DNA of 64,000 bases from an uncultured Gammaproteobacteria bacterium. Its GTDB lineage: Bacteria > Pseudomonadota > Gammaproteobacteria > DRLM01. The stretch's first letter is position 1. Each line of letters begins with the position of its first letter. The position numbers were made by a program, and so were the translations under genes. A model generated the notes under the pieces. The model ran no database searches. It was not told the DNA's origin and saw only the letters and a list, made by a program, of their open reading frames with translations. Below are positions 59,722-64,000 of the stretch, one piece after another. The stretch lies in contig CAVSNY010000006.1 of assembly GCA_963729605.1 (NCBI GenBank), positions 416,001-480,000 on the forward strand, in the 5' to 3' direction.

Positions 59722-62052
59722 TTAGGTTGATCTGCGAAGCCGGAGGGCATTGAACACCACTGACGCCGAACTCAAGCTCATAGCCAATGCGGCAAACATC
59801 GGCGAAAGAAGAAGGCCCGCAAACGGGTACAAGACGCCTGCTGCAAGCGGTACACCCAGCGCGTTGTAAACAAATGCGAAGCCGAGGTTCTGCTTCATAT
59901 TGCGGACGGTCTTCTCCGACAGGAAGCGAGCCGTGGAAATACCGCGCAGGTCCCCCCTAACCAATGTGACTTGCGCGCTGTTCATGGCCACATCAGTTCC
60001 GGTCCCCATGGCAATGCCGACATTGGCCTTGGCAAGAGCCGGCGCATCATTGATGCCGTCGCCCGCCATCGCAACGATCCGTCCTTCGGATTGAAGCTTA
60101 TTTACCAAATCGAGCTTGTCGCTAGGGGTCACTTCACCAAAAATCTCGTCGATGCCCAACCGTTCAGCAACAGCCCTCGCTGTAGAGACGCCATCTCCAG
60201 TGGCCATGATGATGCGGATCCCCGCTGCCTTCAGGGCGTCCACGGCCTCAGGGGTGGTTTCTTTGATGGGGTCAGAAACCGCCAACAAGCCAGCGAGTTT
60301 GCCGTCCACTGCCAGATACATAACGCTCGCACCCCTGGTTCGGAAACTTTCGGCAGTATCGCTCAGCTCGGCCACGTCGACGTTCTCCTGCTCCATGAGC
60401 GCGGTGTTACCCAGCGTGAGCGGTTTGCCATCCACCCGACCGCTCACGCCGATACCGCTGCCGGATTCAAATTCTTCCACCGGGCTTAGATTCAGCCCGC
60501 GCTCGCGAGCGGCGCTGACGATGGCATCGGCGAGGGGGTGTTCGCTACCTTGATCCAAGCTGGCTGCAATTCGTAGGACTTCATCGGCGTCCATGTTGCC
60601 AGCGGAAACGGCTTGATCGAAGACTGGACGGCCTTCAGTCAAGGTGCCCGTCTTATCAACGATGAGCGTATCGACTTTCCGCAGATTCTCTATTGCTGCA
60701 GCATCGCGGAACAGCACGCCCTGGGTGGCACCGCGGCCCGTTGCCACCATGACGGACATCGGCGTAGCGAGCCCCAGCGCACAAGGGCAGGCGATGATCA
60801 GTACAGCCACTGCGTTAATCAGTCCATAGACCCAACTTGGCTGCGGGCCGAAAACTCCCCAGACAAAGAATGTCGTGATTGCGATCACGACCACAGCCAT
60901 CACGAAGTAGCCGGCCACGAGGTCAGCCATCCGCTGCATCGGCGCCCGAGAGCGCTGGGCTTGTGCAACAAGTTGGACAATTTGCGACAGCACCGTGGCT
61001 GAACCTACTTTTTCTGCTCGTATCACTAGCGCGCCGGATGTATTCATGGTCGCGCCAATGACTTTGTCACCTGGGCGCTTGCTGACGGGAATAGGCTCCC
61101 CTGTAAGCATGGATTCATCGAGTGAACTGTTGCCTTCTTCGACGACCCCATCAACGGGTACTTTTTCTCCGGGTCGCACTCGAAGGCGATCACCTTCGTG
61201 AACATGCGTCAGCGGTACATCCTCTTCAGTTCCGTCTGCATTGATACGACGGGCAGTTTTGGGTGCTAAACCGAGTAATGACCTGATAGCAGCGGAGGTC
61301 TGTGATCGGGCGCGGAGTTCGAGAACCTGGCCAAAAAGGGTTAGTGAGATGATGACCACCGCAGCTTCAAAGTAAACGCCAACGCGCCCCATCGACTGGA
61401 AGGTTTCGGGGAAAATGCCCGGGGCCACTGTTGCGACCGTGCTGTACATGAATGCCGCCCCCGTACCCAAACCAATGAGCGTCCACATGTTGGGACTGCG
61501 GTTGATAACAGATTGCCAGCCGCGCACAAAAAATGGCTGCCCTGCCCATAGCACTACCGGTAATGACAGTACGAGCTCTATCCACGCCTGCATGCCCATG
61601 TTGAACCAGCCAAGCTGGGGACCGAACATCGCCAGCACGGTGACCACGATGGTGAAAGGCAGCGTCCACCAAAATCGTCGGGAAAAATCTTTTAGTTCTG
61701 GATTATCGTCATCTAGGCTGGGCATGAGCGGCTCGAGCGCCATGCCACACTTGGGACAGCTTCCTGGATGGTCCTGTTGAATTTCAGGATGCATAGGGCA
61801 AGTGTAGATTGTACCAGGCTCTACTTGTCCGGCAGATTCTTCTTTATTTCGTGGTGCAGTGAATTTCTCAGGCTCGCTTTCGAACGTGTGCATACACTTT
61901 GCACTGCAAAAATAAAAAGACTTTTCTTCATGTGCAACGTGATAGGGAGACTCTTCTGTTACATTCATCCCGCACACAGGATCAGTAAGCTGCGACCCGA
62001 AGTCCTGTTTTTTTACGGCCTGATTATGGGACCGTTCATTGTTCTCCGCCAT
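59722..62052 (-). CDS. copA: Cu(I)/Ag(I) P1B-type ATPase with YHS and heavy-metal-binding domains
   Basis: DPVCGM (YHS), [35 protein letters not shown]. Confidence 0.95.
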   Translation of the reverse strand: MAENNERSHNQAVKKQDFGSQLTDPVCGMNVTEESPYHVAHEEKSFYFCSAKCMHTFESEPEKFTAPRNKEESAGQVEPGTIYTCPMHPEIQQDHPGSCPKCGMALEPLMPSLDDDNPELKDFSRRFWWTLPFTIVVTVLAMFGPQLGWFNMGMQAWIELVLSLPVVLWAGQPFFVRGWQSVINRSPNMWTLIGLGTGAAFMYSTVATVAPGIFPETFQSMGRVGVYFEAAVVIISLTLFGQVLELRARSQTSAAIRSLLGLAPKTARRINADGTEEDVPLTHVHEGDRLRVRPGEKVPVDGVVEEGNSSLDESMLTGEPIPVSKRPGDKVIGATMNTSGALVIRAEKVGSATVLSQIVQLVAQAQRSRAPMQRMADLVAGYFVMAVVVIAITTFFVWGVFGPQPSWVYGLINAVAVLIIACPCALGLATPMSVMVATGRGATQGVLFRDAAAIENLRKVDTLIVDKTGTLTEGRPVFDQAVSAGNMDADEVLRIAASLDQGSEHPLADAIVSAARERGLNLSPVEEFESGSGIGVSGRVDGKPLTLGNTALMEQENVDVAELSDTAESFRTRGASVMYLAVDGKLAGLLAVSDPIKETTPEAVDALKAAGIRIIMATGDGVSTARAVAERLGIDEIFGEVTPSDKLDLVNKLQSEGRIVAMAGDGINDAPALAKANVGIAMGTGTDVAMNSAQVTLVRGDLRGISTARFLSEKTVRNMKQNLGFAFVYNALGVPLAAGVLYPFAGLLLSPMFAALAMSLSSASVVFNALRLRRST

Positions 62053-62148
62053 GACTATAAGACCTCTTCAGGAATAAGCGATACTTCGCGACTTAATGTG
62101 CGAGCACGAACCCATCCGCGCGTCGCGATGAATACAATATTTTTCGGG

Positions 62149-63600
62149 TTACCTATCGTTTAGCGTAGCTTTGGTCGCAAACATAGGGTTACAAAAAGTA
62201 TGCGGTATCGTGATGACAAAGCGCGTAAGGCTGTCATCCGACTCCGCATGGATTCTACCCTTGTGCGCCTCGACGATAGTCTTGACAATCACCAGGCCCA
62301 ACCCCGCGCCTTCACCTTTGCTCTGACGTGAAGGATCAACGCGGTAGAAGCGATCAAAGATTCGAGATAATGCTTGTCGCGGAATCTTTGGTCCGGGGTT
62401 TTCGACACTGATCGTGGTAGCTCCCACATCTTGATGCAGTCGAACAGTAATGCTTGCGCCGCGCGGCGTGTAACGGATCGCATTGGAAAGGAGATTGCTG
62501 AGTGCGCGGCGAAGCATTTCTCGATCAGCCTGTATCGGTGCTGCGCGCCCCTTGAGCTGCAACGAGACACCCCGATCTTCTACCCATGCCTCGAAATACT
62601 CGAACAATCCCTGGGTCGCTTCGGTGAGGTCCACGGTCTCCAGATAGAGATCGTCCGGGGCGTTCTCGGTCTGTGCCAGAAACAGCATGTCGTTGATCAT
62701 CCGATTCAGGCGCCCGAATTCCTCTAGGTTCGAGTAAAGAATTTCCCGGTACTCATCAGCGGAACGGGGCTGACCCACCGCCACTTCCGTCTGAGTGGTC
62801 AGGTTGGTGACTGGCGTGCGCAGTTCATGGGCGATGTCGGCGGAGACATTGGCGAGTTGGGCGTATCCCTCCTCGATGCGCCCGAGCATAGCGTTGAACG
62901 AGGCGATGGTCTCTTCCAGTTCGATCGGTACTTCCTTCGGGTCCAATCGCATGTACAACTTGGAAGAGGTGATCGCTCGAATCTTTTCGTTGGCCCTGCG
63001 AATCGGTTTGTGCCCCCAGCGAACCGCACTCCAGGCCACCAGAATCACGATGCACATGACAACGCAGACCGTCCACCACTGGATGCGTTTAAAACTGCTG
63101 ATGAATGTGAGATGGACACCGATATCCATCGCAACGGCTATCGTGTACTTTTCACTCAGGGTGTCATCGCCGCCGATCTGTAAAACAGCGCCGCGATAGT
63201 GCGTCCCGTTTTCTTCCCATATTGACATTTCCTGCTCACTTGCGAGATCGACAGGACGCTCATTCGCGGCAAAGCGCGCCAGATCGGGACCACCTCTGGG
63301 AGCATAGAGTGCTTCTCCAGAAGCATTGGCTACATAGTAGTAGACGCCATGGTGCCCACGGACTGCACGCTGCAAGGCCTGCGCATCGCTATTGTCATGC
63401 ACCTCACCTAGCGCTCGGATCACCGAACTGGCTATCACCCTCAGCTCTTCTTCATCCATCTCGGCGAAGTGCTGATCCAACGATTTGACACTGATCCAGT
63501 TAAATATCAGAAATACCAGCAGCATCGCCAGGCCGACCAACCAGGTTATCCGCAGCGCGAGTGAGGCTGGACGGCGAGCGATAGCAGGTTTATTCGTCAT
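62149..63600 (-). CDS. cusS: Heavy-metal sensor histidine kinase (CusS/CopS-like)
   Basis: Two TMs, [31 protein letters not shown]. Start set at ATG 63600. Confidence 0.9.
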   Translation of the reverse strand: MTNKPAIARRPASLALRITWLVGLAMLLVFLIFNWISVKSLDQHFAEMDEEELRVIASSVIRALGEVHDNSDAQALQRAVRGHHGVYYYVANASGEALYAPRGGPDLARFAANERPVDLASEQEMSIWEENGTHYRGAVLQIGGDDTLSEKYTIAVAMDIGVHLTFISSFKRIQWWTVCVVMCIVILVAWSAVRWGHKPIRRANEKIRAITSSKLYMRLDPKEVPIELEETIASFNAMLGRIEEGYAQLANVSADIAHELRTPVTNLTTQTEVAVGQPRSADEYREILYSNLEEFGRLNRMINDMLFLAQTENAPDDLYLETVDLTEATQGLFEYFEAWVEDRGVSLQLKGRAAPIQADREMLRRALSNLLSNAIRYTPRGASITVRLHQDVGATTISVENPGPKIPRQALSRIFDRFYRVDPSRQSKGEGAGLGLVIVKTIVEAHKGRIHAESDDSLTRFVITIPHTFCNPMFATKATLNDR

Positions 63601-64000
63601 CCGGAACATCCAGCGTATAGCCCATGCCCCTGACGGTATGAATGAGCTTGGGCTCGAAGTCATCATCGATCTTCGCCCGCAGCCGACGAATCGCAACATC
63701 GATCACATTGGTGTCGCTGTCGAAGTTCATGTCCCAGACCTGGGACGCGATCAGCGAGCGCGGCAACACTTCACCCTGGCGACGCGCCAACAACTCAAGC
63801 AGCGCGAACTCCTTGTTGGTCAGATTGATACGCCGTCCGCCGCGGATCGCGCGTCGCCGAGCCAGGTCCAGTTCTAGATCCACGATCTGCATGCGGTCGT
63901 GGTGGATAGGCATGGCGCCGCGACGCAGCAAAGTGCGCACACGGGCAAGCAGCTCGGCAAAAACGAACGGCTTAATCAGGTAATCATCGGCACCCAGCTC
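63590..64000 (-). CDS. cusR: Heavy-metal response regulator (CusR/CopR-like), 5' end outside the window
   Basis: [43 protein letters not shown]. Confidence 0.92.
   Translation of the reverse strand, partial: ELGADDYLIKPFVFAELLARVRTLLRRGAMPIHHDRMQIVDLELDLARRRAIRGGRRINLTNKEFALLELLARRQGEVLPRSLIASQVWDMNFDSDTNVIDVAIRRLRAKIDDDFEPKLIHTVRGMGYTLDVPDDE

Larger units (their letters stand above)
51250..64000. mobile_element. Putative heavy-metal resistance genomic island (right end outside the window)
   Basis: Compositional and codon-usage change upstream of trpG, metal-efflux cargo, gene relics, and no trpE. No integrase is visible in the window. Confidence 0.55.

Overview
GC-rich gammaproteobacterial-type chromosome segment with accessory DNA at both ends. 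Left end (1-~2250, AT-rich): a GNAT-toxin/small-antitoxin pair, the toxin missed by the ORF track, and a frameshifted Mrr-type nuclease. Next come a class II UvrA, an intact IS5-family element, an S8 protease, OmpA-family genes, rlmKL and a Crp/Fnr regulator. The centre (16320-30329, minus strand) is a ~14-kb extracellular electron-transfer operon: tetraheme, beta-barrel, three c7-like trihemes, a cupredoxin-motif lipoprotein, two NHL lipoproteins, an undecaheme, ResB/CcsA and a TPR protein (24 CxxCH in total). Its gene order matches the Uet cluster as I recall it. The tetraheme and the N-terminal third of the undecaheme look like Geobacter OmcE nanowire subunits. Then follow three tandem porins, tRNA-Gln, rpsI-rplM, housekeeping genes (nodIJ-like, glcF-like, coq7, speD, crp, lemA), a triplicated REP-doublet array, PEP-CTERM and tail-collar genes, and trpCDG. 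A heavy-metal island (czc-like RND, CDF, CopA, CusSR) abuts the trpG start where trpE would be expected. All family calls come from motif recognition; no searches were run.
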